A stretch of 64,000 nucleotides of DNA from the human T2T-CHM13v2.0 reference genome, Homo sapiens, in assembly GCF_009914755.1 (NCBI RefSeq), contig NC_060925.1. One strand, written 5' to 3'. The translations under genes and the position numbers were made by a program. Under the pieces are notes generated by a model. The model saw nothing but the letters and a program-made list of their open reading frames with translations, did no database searches and was not told the DNA's origin. Positions 1-18,080 of this stretch are shown here, one piece after another (position 1 is the stretch's first letter; every line of letters begins with the position of its first letter).

Positions 1-149
1 ACAACTGGCATGTCTTCCATATAGTTGGAAATATTCGAGTTTTGAAGTGCAGAAAGGATGCAGGGTCTTCTAGAGATAGATTGAGAATTAACAATTGATC
101 AGTAGTGTGGTATAAGACATGAAAATGGGTGAGACAGTATATAGCAAGA

Positions 150-330
150 ACAATAGCTAATATTTGAGTGCTTAGTATATGTGTACACTGTCCTAAACTT
201 TCAGATGTTTTAATAAATGTTTTATTTTTATCATCCCCATCCTAAACAAGGAAACTGAAGCGCAGAAAGATTGTCACAGAGCTGGTAAATGATGGAGTCA
301 GGATTTGGACCCAGGTTATTGGTTCCTAAG
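150..330. mobile_element. MIR fragment
   Basis: MIR core-like ggaaactgaagc...gtcacagagctggtaaatgatggagtcaggattt. Confidence 0.6.
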
Positions 331-847
331 CTTATATTATGTTATACTTCCTAAAGATAAGTGAATCTCAACATTTAAGGCAATACAGAGCCAATAAAAA
401 AAATAACTATTGACAAAGAAGTAGAGAATTGTGTTTGAGAAACTAGGAAAGGGTTTGAAACAGGATAGGGTAACGCTGCAGCAAGATAATGTGTATTGAA
501 GGCTGAGGAGAGAGGCTGCTGGATTTGGGAGCTATCAGGTCACTGATGTCTTAAAACTAATTTATCCTAGGCAGTACTGGGGAATGAAGATGGGGTACAT
601 TCTATCCAGCAGAGAATGTGAGATCAGAAAATGAGTGTGTGTTTCTCTTTGAAGAAGTTTGTTGATGAAGAGATGGGATTCAGATAAGAGAAAACAATTA
701 ATTGGTATTAATGAGCATTAACAATTTGACAAAGTCAATTTTCTTTTCTTTGCTTTTTGCCAAGACTTTCTGGCTTGATACATTGATAAAAATTATCTTT
801 AATTTTTTCTTCCCCTATGGATTTCTCTGTATTATGGAATTCCACAG

Positions 848-1060
848 GCGCTGTTATTCTAATCAGCTGGTTTCTGATCGATATGTCATGCCAGAATGTT
901 TTATTCAGCCGGGACATCTCTGTTGTGTAAGGATTTCTGAGGATAAGTGGTGGTATCGGGTCATTATCCATCGAGTCCTTGAGAAACAGGAAGTTGAAGT
1001 GTTCTACCCAGACTTTGGAAATATTGGAATTGTTCAGAAGTCCTCCCTGAGGTTCCTCAA
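848..1060 (+). CDS. TDRD5: TDRD5 coding exon, Tudor domain core (RCYSNQ...KWWYRVII...VFYPDFGN...LRFLK)
   Basis: ccacag| acceptor and |gtgagt donor; 213 nt; Tudor WYR and DFGN motifs; joins the next exon in frame (AA|G=Lys). Confidence 0.96.
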
Positions 1061-1387
1061 GTGAGTTGAATTGAATTAGAACAATGGATGAATTAAATTT
1101 TGAATCACAGTGTTGAAGCTCTGTGGGGTTGGGATCTCTCTTTTCTCTTGCCTTCCTCCCTCCAATCCTTCCTTCCTTCTTCTTAGTGCATATTTGACAA
1201 CTGGGTCATTTCATTTCACAGATGGATTGTAACTCTTGTGTTATCTTTTACATGACACTGAATTTTGAATGGACGATGAGATTACGTTTTAGTCTCTTAT
1301 TAAGAAAGTGATTTTTTGGGTCATGCTAAGAGGTGCATTTATATATAGCAGGAAGATTGAACTTACATATTTGATTATCTATTGCAG

Positions 1388-1454
1388 GTGCTGCTACACA
1401 AAGCTTCCAGCTCAGGCTATCCCTTGTTCTTTGGCTTGGGTGAGACCAGTAGAG
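1388..1454 (+). CDS. TDRD5: TDRD5 coding exon ([22 protein letters not shown]), extended Tudor
   Basis: ttgcag| ... |gtatgt; [10 protein letters not shown] is the typical eTudor LP.QA..C.L motif; frame continuous. Confidence 0.95.
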
Positions 1455-2271
1455 GTATGTTTGCTTGTCTCCCATTTAATCAGCAAACACTTGAGTGCCT
1501 ATTATGTGCCAATAACAGTTTCACATGCTCAGGATATGAAGATAAAACGTAGAACCAGCCTTCAAAGAAGTCAGTGTATAGAGTATGGAAAATAGACATG
1601 TAGACAAAAATTGTTATGCCATATAAAATTTGCTATAGGAGAGGTTTCAAGAATGAATGGTAGAGGTGCAAAAGGAAGATTGCTTGTTTCTGCCCAGGGT
1701 AATCAGGGAGGCATTTGAGTGGCACTTTGAAGGAAGATTAGGAAGATGATGAAAAAAGAAAGGCATTCCAAGCAAAGGGAGGGTAGCATGAAACATCTCA
1801 AAGGGGAGAAATTTTAAGTAGTTCTGTTTGGCTACAGAATATAGGATGAGCTACAGCGGGTGCATGGTAGAAAATGTCAAAGAAATAGGAGCCTAATGTG
1901 AAGACCCACGTTTAGAAGACTGAACATTGTCGTCCTTTAGAGGCTGGGGAGCAATTAAAGGATGTAAATAGGAAACTGCCACTGACAGATAACATGTTTT
2001 CAAGATAATTCTCTAGCAACATTGTGGCAGAGCTTTGAGGTGGAATGGAGCAGGAGGCATTTTCATGTATGTAGGTGCATTTATATAATTATAATTATTT
2101 TATGTACCTAACTTTTTATTTTTCCTTCAGAACTCTTACTAGCTCATACCTACACATTTATTATGCCATATTTGTCTGCTTAATCTAAATAACTTATCAG
2201 TTGCTCACATATAAATGGATTATTTTAAAAATATTTTTTATCTGAAAAATTTTGTAAAGAAGAAAGAAAAA

Positions 2272-2642
<371 letters not shown>

Positions 2643-3005
2643 TTATTGGATGTTGGGAGCGAGGGTTTTTTGGTGTGGTTTTCAGCATTACTTAAAATAG
2701 TAATCGTAATATTTTGTATTCTGCTCTTTTGCTTAGCATTATAGCATAAGTACTTTTATATGTTATTAAGTTCTCAATTTTAATGGATTCATAGTGTAAT
2801 CTGTTAGGTAAATGTGCATCATCGCCTGCTTAACCGTTTCTTTATTGTTTGACATTCAAACTGATTCTGATTTTTGACTGTTAGAAACAATGTACGCAAA
2901 ATATGTTTTTTGGTGGAAGCCTGTATTCAAGGTTGTTTTCTTGGGGGCATTTTATTTCCGATAAGTTTCTTTTTACTATTTTGCCATCAGGAAGCACAGG
3001 ACTAA

Positions 3006-3424
<419 letters not shown>

Positions 3425-3969
3425 TAAACTACTTCTGGCCTTAGGGCTTTTGCACATTCTAATAACTGGAATAGCTTATTCACAGTAATCTCACAATTGT
3501 CCTTCTTGTCATTCAAATTTAAGTCCAAATGTTATTTCCTCAAAAAGGACTTCTTTGACCTGACAATTAAAAATGCACCCTTCAGTCATTCATTGTCACC
3601 TTGTTTTATCTTCATAATGCTTTATCACTATCTGATATTGTCTTGTTTGTTTGTGCATGACAGTGTGAGCCCCTGAAATCAGGGAAATTATCTTGTTCAC
3701 CACTGAATCTCCAGTGCCCAGAGTAATGGCTTTGTGCCTGGTAAATGCTCAATAACTAGGTTTTTAACTAAATGAATCTCTCACTTTATTTCTGTGTCTT
3801 TTTTTCTGATTGCAAAAATAACACATTTGGTAATAGCATAATAGCAACAGACTATTATGCCCATTAGCAAAATCAGAAGCAGGCAAAAAAGCAAAAGTTA
3901 AATGGCAATGGGACTTTTCAAGCTTCTTTTCTGAGAATCTGCAGTCTTGCTGTCCTAAAGAATTATAAG

Positions 3970-5370
3970 ACATTGTTTGGAAATGGCAGAACAGCTAGAA
4001 GTTAGGGTGGAAATACTTGAAGGTAGGGAACCACAGAATGGATGAGTTCCCAAATCATTATATATGATCTGCCCAAATCCTTGGGTGACTACTGAACTTT
4101 CTTAAGTGTTGGGGAACTCAGTAGCCCTAGTGAAAAAATCAACAGTTGGCATTTGAGGTAACTGAACAGAGATTTCTGTTGCTACAGACTGCAGAAGAGA
4201 CAGTTTAGAGTTTGGATCCAGACAGTTTTAACTGCCAGTTAAAACAAATCACTCTTGAGAAGAGCATAACAGAATCCAGAAGCTCTAAAACATTGATAAT
4301 GTTTACTATTCAACTAAAAATCACTAGACATGGGAGAAAAAAAAACAGGAAAATGTGACATATACTCAAGGAAAAACGTAGTTGGTAGAAACTGACATTG
4401 AGATGTCCCAGACATTGGAGTTAGCAGACAAAGACTTTAAAGCAGCTATTGTGAATATGTTCAAGGACTGAGAGATTTACTCATCATAAGGAACAGAGAA
4501 GGAATTTCTGCAGAAAGAAACTATTTAAAATAAATGGAAATTCTAGAGTCGTAAAGTGAAATAAATGAAAAGTTTCAGCATAGGCTTAATAGCAGATTTG
4601 GAGACAGTGGAGGAGTCTATGAACTTTAAAAACAGATCAAAAGAAATTATCCAATGTGAAGAAGAGCATAAAAAATAATTAAAGTGAAAATGGACAGAGA
4701 CTTAAGGAAGTCTATGGCTCAATATCGGGTACCCCAACAGGTATGTAATTGGAGTCCCAGAAAGAGAGTTGAGAGAGAGAATAGGATGGAAAAAAGGAAG
4801 GCCAAAAATTTCCACAGTGTGATGAAAGAGGTCAATATTCAGAGTCAAGAATATCAACAAACTCCAAGCAGAATAAATACAAAGAAAACCATACCTAGGC
4901 ACATGATAATCAAACTGCTGAAATCTAAAGCAAAAGGAGAAAATCCTGAAAGCAGCAAGAAGGGGGAAAATACAGGAAACAATAATATAAATAATAACTA
5001 ACTGCCCATTGAAAGGAACAACATTGAAGTCTGAAAGAGAAAAAGAAGTCAAGCTGGAATTCTATATCTAGTGAAAATATCTATCAAAATGAAGAAACGG
5101 AGACATTTTCAAAATGTAAAAACTGAGCTTGTCACTAGCAATCTTGAACAACAAATACTGAAGGAAGTTCTTCCAGTTCTGAAGTGAAACCAAATGGTAA
5201 TGCAGATCTACAGGAAAGAATGATGATTATGGAAAATGGTTAATATGTGGGCAAATATGAAAGACTATTATTTTTAATTTTATTCTCTGAATTCCTTTAA
5301 AAGACATAGAACTTTCAAAACTAAATTGGTAATACTGTATGTTGGAGTTTATAGCATATGTTGATGTAAT
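3970..5370 (+). mobile_element. Old L1M 5'/ORF1 region
   Basis: ORF1-like peptide TPSRINTKKTIPRHMIIKLLK (4684-5001). Confidence 0.7.
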
Positions 5371-5985
5371 ATATATTTATCCCAAAGTCTTAGTGCAGTT
5401 TAAGCTGTAATAACTACAGGAGTATAAAGGCTACAAATCATGAAATTATTCAAAAGTTTAATTTTTAACCTAATATATACTTGTTTATATGTAATACTCA
5501 TTTTGTAAATTTTGACTAATTTTTTAATCTTAATATTTTGTTTCAACTTTTACCACCCCAACAAAAAATTAAAATGTAGTATTTATAGTAGAATCTTCAC
5601 TTTTTATTCCTTCTTGACATTTTTGATGTCATTTAAAATTTTGTTTTTGGCGTAAATTGCCCATAATTTTTTTTGTCCTTTTGATGTTGACATCTGTAGT
5701 GATATGTCCTTTTACATTCCAAATATGTATTTGTATCTTTTTTAAGGATCTAAAGAGACAGGTATTTGCCATTTTGAATAGTTTTTTCAAAGAACCAAGT
5801 TTGGCTTTCTTGTTTCTATTATAAACATTTTTTTTCTATTTTGTTTATTTCTGTCTTATTTTTACTATTTCCTTAATTCTACTTTCTTTGGGTTTATTTT
5901 GCTGTTCTTTCCCTAACTTCTTGATGTGCAAGCTTAGGTTATTTCTAACCTTTAGGTGGATCTCATAAGTTTAACTGTGTAGTAG

Positions 5986-6437
<452 letters not shown>

Positions 6438-7356
6438 TTAAATACACTGTGGTCAGAGATCATCCTCTAGATAGTATCCGTCAGCCCTTTAAATATGCAG
6501 AGGCTGATAGATGGTCCAGTATAGTGTCACTTTTTGTAAATGGTGGTGTCTTCTTAAAAAGTGTATATTCTGCAGTTCTTGTGTGTAATATTTTATATAT
6601 GTCCATAAGGTCAACTTTATTGTGTGAAACTCTTATTCGTTCTGATTTTTCTGTATTGCTTTTCTGTAATTATTGAAAGAAGTGTGGCTTTTGTCTATGA
6701 TTATTCTTTTGTGTATTTCTTCCTATAGTTCAGTCAGTTTTTATTTTGTATACAATTGAGGCTATATTATTAGGTACATATACAATACCAAAATTGTTAT
6801 ATCTTCCTGGCAGACTGAATGTTTTATCATTATGAAGTTAACCTCTTTATTTCTACTAATGCAAAAAAAAACTTCTTTTGTCTGATGTTAATATAACTAT
6901 CATTTTCTATTTAATATCCTGGTGTGTTTTTAAACTGTCATTCTACTTTGAACCCTTCTCTATCTTTATATTTAGATATGTCTTTTATGAACTATATAGT
7001 TGTATTTTTTTAATCCAGGCTAAGACCTTTTGTCTTTCACCCAGAATGTTTAGGCTGATTACACTTATTGTAATAATTGAATTATCTGGGTTTAACTCTT
7101 ACACTTTATTTTGTGTATACTATATGGTCTACCTATTCTTTTTCTCACCATGCATGCCTTATTTTGAAGAGATCTTTAAAATAATTCACTAAGAAATACA
7201 CTATTATTTTAATGATTACTCTAGGAAATACAACATGCATAACAATGCAAGGACATTAGAGCACTTTAACTCCTTTACCCTCCTCTTCTAACCTGTTTTT
7301 GTTGTGTAATGTTATTTTTAACCCCTCAAGAAATTGCATAAAATAATGTCAATTTA

Positions 7357-9801
<2,445 letters not shown>

Positions 9802-11129
9802 AAAATAATGTCAATTTAGATTACAAGTTTCTCTGCTCTTCATTCTTCAGTCAAACCCTTCGTCAGGACCCATTTTCCTTCATTTGAACTGTGTATCCTT
9901 AGGATTTTATTTAATGAGGGTCAGCTGGTAGCAAAGTTGTGTTTATCTGAAAATATCATTTATTTTTCACTTATTGTAGAAACATGGATTTACTAAGTAT
10001 AGAATTCTAGGTTAGCAGTTAGTATCTTTAGCACATTGAAGATATCATTACTGGCTTCTGGTTTCCCTTATCGTTTTCTGAGAAGTCAGCTGTCAGTTTA
10101 ATAGATGTTCCTTTGAAGGTAGTGTCCTTTCTGTCTCTAGGTGTTTTTAAAATTTTCTATTAGTCGCTCCTGTTCTTCAGTATTGGTGTGGTGTGTTTAT
10201 GTGTGAATTTATTATTTATGCTACTTTATGGTTCATCAGACTTCTTTTGTGTTTGTTACTTTTTTTTAATCTTGCAAATTCCCAACCATTATCTCTTCAA
10301 TTATTGCCTATTTCCCATATTTATATTTGTATTCTTCTTATCTCTGCTGCTTTTTTTCTGGGACCATTATTAAAAGTGTTAAAACTTCTCAGTTTTTCTT
10401 CCATTTCTCTTAACCTTTCTATCGTATTTTACATCTGTCTGTCTTTCCATGCTGCATTCTGGGAAATTTTTTTCAAAATACCTCACACTTTACCAATTTA
10501 CTCTTTAATTATATCTGATCTGTTACTGAATTAACCTATGAGGTTTTTAATTTGGGTTATTATGTTTTTACCTTCTAAAACTTCTTAGTTCTGCTAGATC
10601 AATTTTTATAGATTGCTAATTTCTGCTAAACTGGTTTTTGTTTGGGTTTTGTGGCTTTAAGCATAGTAAGTTTAGTTGTTTTATAATTTGTCTAGAAATT
10701 AAAATATCTAAAATTGAGGATTTGTTATATTGTTTCTGTTCTTTTTTGATTCATTGTTTCTTTGTATATTTTTTATCTTTGCCTATGTACTGCTCGTTGT
10801 CTTTGAAAAATTAACTGTAAGAATGGTTGAATAATAAAGGCTGAGGTTGTCTACCTCCAGAGAGGATTTACATGTGCTTCTGCCAGATATCTGGAAATAT
10901 TACCAGTCTGGGACCATATTAATTTAAATTAACAACTTGAGGATGTGTAGACCACCCTGGTAATGTGAAAACTGAGCTGCAAATCTATGTGAAGGATAAT
11001 TTATTTTCTTCCTCCCTTACCCTGAGAGTGTATCTCCTTAGGGACTCAGTTTAATGAAGGAAAGTTCTCCTGTAAACTCTCCACCATGGGTGCACCCTGG
11101 CTTTGATGTCTGTCTCGTTTGTCCTGTTA

Positions 11130-11435
<306 letters not shown>

Positions 11436-11876
11436 TCAAATTGCCTGGATTAGCAGATACCCTTAAGACAAAAGAAGTAGTTCCCATTTTCCCTTCAATT
11501 TTGGCCTGATAATTTGTTCAAGCTTGTCAGTTCTTTGATGCCTTTTGGATATATTTCATAATTCTTTTACCTAGAATTTTTAGTTGTTTTCTGTGGGAGG
11601 GTTGGTCTAATAATCTAACTCACAATTTCTGAAAATGGAAGTTGCACATCACATAATTATTTAAATTTTTTCAGTAATTACATTTTTTATCATTTTTCCT
11701 TTATTCTGACTTTTCTCATCCCCAAATCATATATATCCTCCTATGTGTTATTCTAGTACTTTTATGGTTTTATTTCCACTTAAATCTCTAGTTCATCAGA
11801 ATTCATTGTTGTATATGGTTATTATAATTCATGTTTAGATCTATCACCTGAATCCAATATCTTGATCATATTTCAG

Positions 11877-12077
11877 GAACACTGGACATCGAAAGCTATT
11901 TTGCAGTTCCAGAAGTTGTGCGGTTTGAAGCCATTAGTGGGGGTAGTGGATGAATATGTAGATGGAATCCTTAACATTTTTTTGTGTGACACATCCTCAA
12001 ACGAAGATGTCTATTTCCATCATGTCTTGAGAACAGAGGGCCATGCTATTGTATGCCGAGAAAATATCTCTTCTAAG
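11877..12077 (+). CDS. TDRD5: TDRD5 coding exon ([11 protein letters not shown]...RENISSK), end of extended Tudor/SN-like region
   Basis: tttcag| acceptor; 201 nt, phase 0-0; weak donor AAG|gtggag; W...A...F eTudor motif. Confidence 0.93.
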
Positions 12078-12326
12078 GTGGAGCAGTCTGGATGTATTTT
12101 GTAATATATTTTGTTTAATTTCACCACGTCAAGGTATAAGATAATTTAATAAAGAAGTTTATTTGGTTTATTCTTTAACCAATTAGAGACATCCACGAGA
12201 TTCCTGGCTTTTTAATGCAGAGCACTCTTAATTTTCAGATGACCACAGAAAAACTGCATTTGACTAATTGTCCTTTGAAATGTGAATACTTCTATTTTAA
12301 ATAATTAATTTAAAAAGTAGTTATCT

Positions 12327-12496
12327 GGCCAGGCACGGTGGCTGTCACCTGTAATCCCAGCTACTTGGGAGGCTGAGGCAGAGAATTGCTTGAACCTGGG
12401 AGGTGGAGGTTGCAGTGAGCCGAGATGGTGCTACTGCACTCCAGCCTGGGCAACAGGGCGAAGACTCTGTCTCAAATAATAATAATAAAATAAAAA
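12327..12496 (+). mobile_element. Alu monomer (left-arm start joined to right arm)
   Basis: ggccaggcacggtggct directly followed by right-arm sequence and a (taa)n tail. Confidence 0.85.
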
Positions 12497-12641
12497 GTTA
12501 TCTGAAACTGTTCTAGAGAAGAATAACACTCCTATTTTGCAATTATTGATAGTATCTGTTTCACTGTATGTTGATAATTTTTGTAACTAGCAAAAACTGT
12601 CAATAATGGACACATTTTTAACTGTTAAAATTTGGAAGATA

Positions 12642-12940
12642 GGCTGGGCGCGGTGGCTCACGCCTGTAATCCCAGTACTTTGGGAGGCCAAGGTGGGTGG
12701 ATCACGAGGTCAGGAGATCGAGACCATCCTGGCTAACACAGTGAAACCTCGTCTCCACTAAAAATACAAAAAATTAGTCAGGCGTGATGGCACGTGCCTG
12801 TAGTCCCAGCTACTCAGGAGGCTGAGGCAGGAGAATTGCTCGAATCTGGGAGGCAGAGGTTGCAGTGAGCCGAGATTGGACCACTGCACTCCAGCCTGGG
12901 CAACAGAGCGAGACTCCATCTCGAAATAAATAAATAAAAT
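12642..12940 (+). mobile_element. AluSc/Y-like
   Basis: ggatcacgaggtcaggagatcgagaccatcc; TSD aaaatttggaagata. Confidence 0.92.
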
Positions 12941-13048
12941 TTGGAAGATAATATACTTCCATAGCATTTGAAAGTTATTAAGTGCTTTCTCGCCCTTTTT
13001 CTGTTGGTCATGTAAATTAAACCATCCCTTTTCTTTTTTTAATCTTAG

Positions 13049-13207
13049 GGTTTCAGTGAGCTCAACCCTTTAGCTTTATACACGACATCCAGTGGAGGGC
13101 CAGAGGACATTGTCTTGACAGAACTGGGTTATCCTTCCCAGCAGCACTATTTTAATGAAGACCGAAAGATAAGTCCACAGTCAAAAGAGAGTGAGTTACG
13201 TATCTTG
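13049..13207 (+). CDS. TDRD5: TDRD5 coding exon ([10 protein letters not shown]...ESELRIL)
   Basis: Polypyrimidine tract + ttag|; |gtaaga donor; 159 nt open, phase 0-0. Confidence 0.92.
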
Positions 13208-13731
13208 GTAAGAGATTTTTGCAAATACTATTATAATTCTTTTTATTACTGTAATCCTCATTTTTTTAGATGAAGAAACCAAGGCTTTCCAAATTTTGGA
13301 AAGTTTGGAAATTTTGCACAGTGATCTTAACAATTTGTCTCTTTATTTGCTGGCTTAAGTGTTTGCTTCAGTCATGCCTCTTCCTGAACAGTTGCTCTCA
13401 TATAGTAAATTCCATTGCTGCCTTTGTGCAGTTGTGACTTCACTACACTGCCTCTGAATGCTATTCTTCTTCCCTCTGCAGTACACAGGTTCTTCAGGTA
13501 TTCTCGTTTCTTACTTTCCCTGTAAACTTTCAGCAACTCCTCCCTTCCCAGTAATAATAATATTGTAATGTTATTATGTATTTTTTCCAGCCCACAGTAA
13601 TAAGAACAACAGCATTATTTATCGAACTTGTACCACATGGCAGGCACTGTTAAAAGCATTCACATGTGTTAACTAATTTAATCTTTACAGCAAATTACCA
13701 GGTTTATACTTTCATATCTACATTATAAAGA

Positions 13732-14088
13732 CAGGTTGTACATCTCTAATGCACAAATCCAAAACCTGAAATGCTCCAAAATCTCAAAATTTTTGAGTCC
13801 TGACATGATATCACAAGTGGAAAGTTCCACACCTAACCTCATATGACAGGTTGCAGTCAAAATGCAGTCCAAACTTTGTTTCATGCACAAAATTATTTAA
13901 AATATTATATAAAATTACCTTCAAGCTATGCATATAATGTATATATGCAACATAAATGAATTCCATGTTAGACTTGGGTCTTATCCCCAGGATATCTCAT
14001 GTATATGCAAATGTTTCAAAATCCAAAATTATCCAAAATCTGAAACACTTTTGGTCCCAAGCATTTTGGATAAGGGATACTCAATGTG
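13732..14088. mobile_element. Tigger4b/MER46-type DNA transposon
   Basis: Degenerate terminal inverted repeats caggttgtacatctctaat ... ataagggatactcaatgtg; ccaaaatctgaaa repeats. Confidence 0.75.
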
Positions 14089-15210
14089 TAAAAGGCAAGT
14101 GAAGCATATAGTGAGGACTTAATATTTCTTGAACAAATAAACCATGTCCTCCAAGTCTTATATTCCTCACGACAACAGATACTGGGCTAAGAATACAGGA
14201 TGTGTTTAATTTGAGGGCCAAAAATGTTTTGTTTTATTGATACAATGTCTTTTTATTTTCTTTGAATAAAATGTAAAAATATTATTTTGTTTAGTGTGTT
14301 TTGTATATCTGACTTTTAAAATAAAATTATAGAGATGATTTTTTAAGTAGACATTTACTAATTATTAGAAAAGATAAAGGCCATTTTGACTACTGGGAGA
14401 TTACCTATTATGAAAAATATGTACCGATGTTTCCTACTGCATGTTCAAAACAATATAAAGATTTTTAGATTTCTAGTTAATGTTAAAATTAATGAAGCTT
14501 GTATGCCCATAACACTTTCCAAAGCCTGAATTTTTCTTAGTCATTATTACTGGACTAGGAGAATTCTTTTTCTTCATTCTTAAATAGTAAATTGAATTCA
14601 ACCTTTAATATTTTTAGAATATCCTATCACTCTGTTGGTGTCTTCAAATAATCATAGTTTTATTCTGGAAATGAAATAAGAACCATCTTTTCTGCAAAAG
14701 AGAAAGGGCTTAAAACTCTACTATTCCACCCTAGTCTGTACTTTGACATATTAAGACTCCCATATGCTACACACACACCTACACCTCTACACCCAGTTCC
14801 TTGTGAATTCCTACTCATCTTTCAAGTGTTATCTTCTTCATTGCATCTTCTCAGATGTCCTCTTCTATCAATCATATTTTTGTCATATCTTTATGATGGT
14901 TGTACTTGGAAGACTGATTCTAGGTCTTTCCACAACATTTTTTAGTTCCTTTGGAGCCAGAATCTGTTGCATTCATCTTTGTATTCACAGAGCTGTCTTG
15001 TAGACATTTCATGATAAGGGTTCAATAAATGTTCATTGGCCGGAACTAGGGTAGCAGGATGGGAAGACCTAGGATCATGGATAAAGCTATAAAATAATGT
15101 AGCATTTGTGTGAACCATAGCAAAAACTTCCCCCCAAAATGTATAGGCATGTAGATTTTGGAAACAGCATTAATATTTAAAATAAAGGAATTCTCTTTCA
15201 TATCTACTAG

Positions 15211-15372
15211 CAAGATATTAATGATGAAAAGTCTTTAAGTCATCTTAAATCTGAGTCAAAGGAGCCATTAAAGGATTCTGAATTTGAGTCTTTGAAAACC
15301 TGTAATAAGAGCTTTGAAGAAGATCCAAAGTGGTCCAACCCAGAACCAAACGATCTGAAGGAAGAAAATGAG
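15211..15372 (+). CDS. TDRD5: TDRD5 symmetric cassette exon, 54 aa (QDINDEKS...LKEENE)
   Basis: ctag| ... |gtagga; 162 nt open, phase 0-0; 54 aa equals the recalled difference between the 981- and 1035-aa isoforms. Confidence 0.85.
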
Positions 15373-15482
15373 GTAGGAGAAGGAAAGATAGTCTTTGAAT
15401 ATGTAATTAATATAATACACTGAATTCATAAGTGAAGAGGACTGGAATAAACTCTGTTTAAACCCCACTGCTTTTAGTATTA

Positions 15483-15805
<323 letters not shown>

Positions 15806-17739
15806 ATGTGTTCATAGTAACCAAGACTAAAGTTGTAGCAATATAACCTTGATCATAAAAAAAGGTATCTGGCTTTGATGTGTTAGTTAATATCCTGTGA
15901 CTTGGGGTGGTCTTCAAGAATTATACAGTAGCTAGAAACTAGTATTGAGAAATTATATTACGAAAAACCCATTGGGAAAAATGTTTACAACTTTTTTGGA
16001 GGATGTATTTTTATTTTAATCAAATGTTTATGTACACAAAACTTAAGATCCCCCATGACTCCTTCCCCTATATTTCCTGTTTCCCAGAGCACCCACGTTT
16101 ATCTCTTTTAGCTGCTTTTGGAATTTACTTCTGTTTCTTTCATTAAATAACATCCTCATGTTGTTATTTGTTATTTCCTGATTTTTCAGTTTTAAGTATC
16201 TGTGGATTTCCCACTGTGAAAGATGAGGGCTTAGTTCTCTTTCATCGCCTTACCACCACCACACACAAACATAACCTTTTTGTCCCTTCCCCCTACCATG
16301 TTACTGATATAGTATATCAAACTTTCCATCAGATCACTATTCAATATTTACATTACTGTGACTATGTAAATGCTCTTCACGGCTTGGCCAAGTATTATAG
16401 TACACTGTTACACCTTTTTTTCCCTTGCATAACTTTTTTTCATGTTAATATTTCTTTCCTTTTATAAATTAACACATAGTAAAATTGACTGTTTTGGTGT
16501 ACTATTCTATCAACTTTAATAAATGTGTAGATTTGTGTAACCAACACTGCAATTGGGATGCAGAACAGCTCCATCATCTAAAATAACTCCCTTGTGCTAC
16601 TGCTTTGTAATCACAGTCTCCCCACATCCCTAACCCCTAGCAACTGGTCTGGGGTCTGTTTTCTGTCACTCTAGTTTTACCTTTTCAGGACTGTCATGTA
16701 AGTAGAATCATATAGTATGTAACCTTTGGAGACTGGCTTCTTTCATTCAGTATATTTCTGTACCTTTGAGATTCATCCATGCTCTTGCATGTATCAATAA
16801 TATGTTCTTTTCGATTGCTGAATAGTATTTTATAGGATAAATACACCACAGTTTGTATACCCATTCACCCATTGAAGGACATTTGGGTTGTTTCTAGTTT
16901 GGGGTATTTATGAATAGAGCTGCTATAAATATTCATGTACAGGTTTTTGTGTGAACATAAGCTTCATTTATCTACGGTAAATACCCAGGAGTAAGATTGC
17001 TGGGTCATGTGATAAGTGTATGTCAAACTTTTTTCCAGAGTGGCTGTACCATTTTGAATTTTCACCAGCAATAATATATGAGTTCCAGTTGCTCCATTTT
17101 CTTGTCAGCACTTGACATTGTCAGTAATTTTGCTTTAGCCATTTTAATAGGTGTGTAGTAGTATCACAGCATGATTTTAAATTCCAGTGATTAATGATGT
17201 TGAACATCTTTTCATGTGCTTAGTTGTCATCTATACACAATTCTTGGTGAAATTTCTGTTGAAGTCTTTTTCCCATTTTTTTGATTGGGTTGTTTTCTTA
17301 CTCTTGAGTTTTGAGAGTTCTTTATATATTCAGGATACTAGTTCTTTGTCAAATAATGTGATTTTCAAAAATATTTTCTCACTTGTAGCTTGTCTTTTCA
17401 TTCTCTTGATAGTGTCTTTCATACAGAAGTTTTTAATTTTGAAAAAACCTAACGTATCAACTTGTTTTCTATTATGGACAGTGTTTCCAGTATCAAGACA
17501 TCTTGAGTTAATTTTAGTATAAGGCATGAAATTTAGGTTAGGTTTCATTTTGTTACATGTGGATGTCCAACTGATCCAGCATCCTTTGTTGACAAGACTA
17601 TCCTATCTCCATTGAATTGTCTTTGAAGCCTTATCAAAAATCAATTGTCCATATTTCTGTAAGTCTATTTCTAGACTCTATATTCTTCTCCAGTGACCTA
17701 TATGTTTGTCTCTTCATCACTACCACATTGTCTTGATTA

Positions 17740-18080
<341 letters not shown>

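Noticed and set aside
702-847. N-terminal extensions of ORF-track entries overlapping TDRD5 exons (702, 1308, 11862, 52352)
   Set aside because: Intronic read-through upstream of clear AG acceptors; the spliced frame is continuous without them
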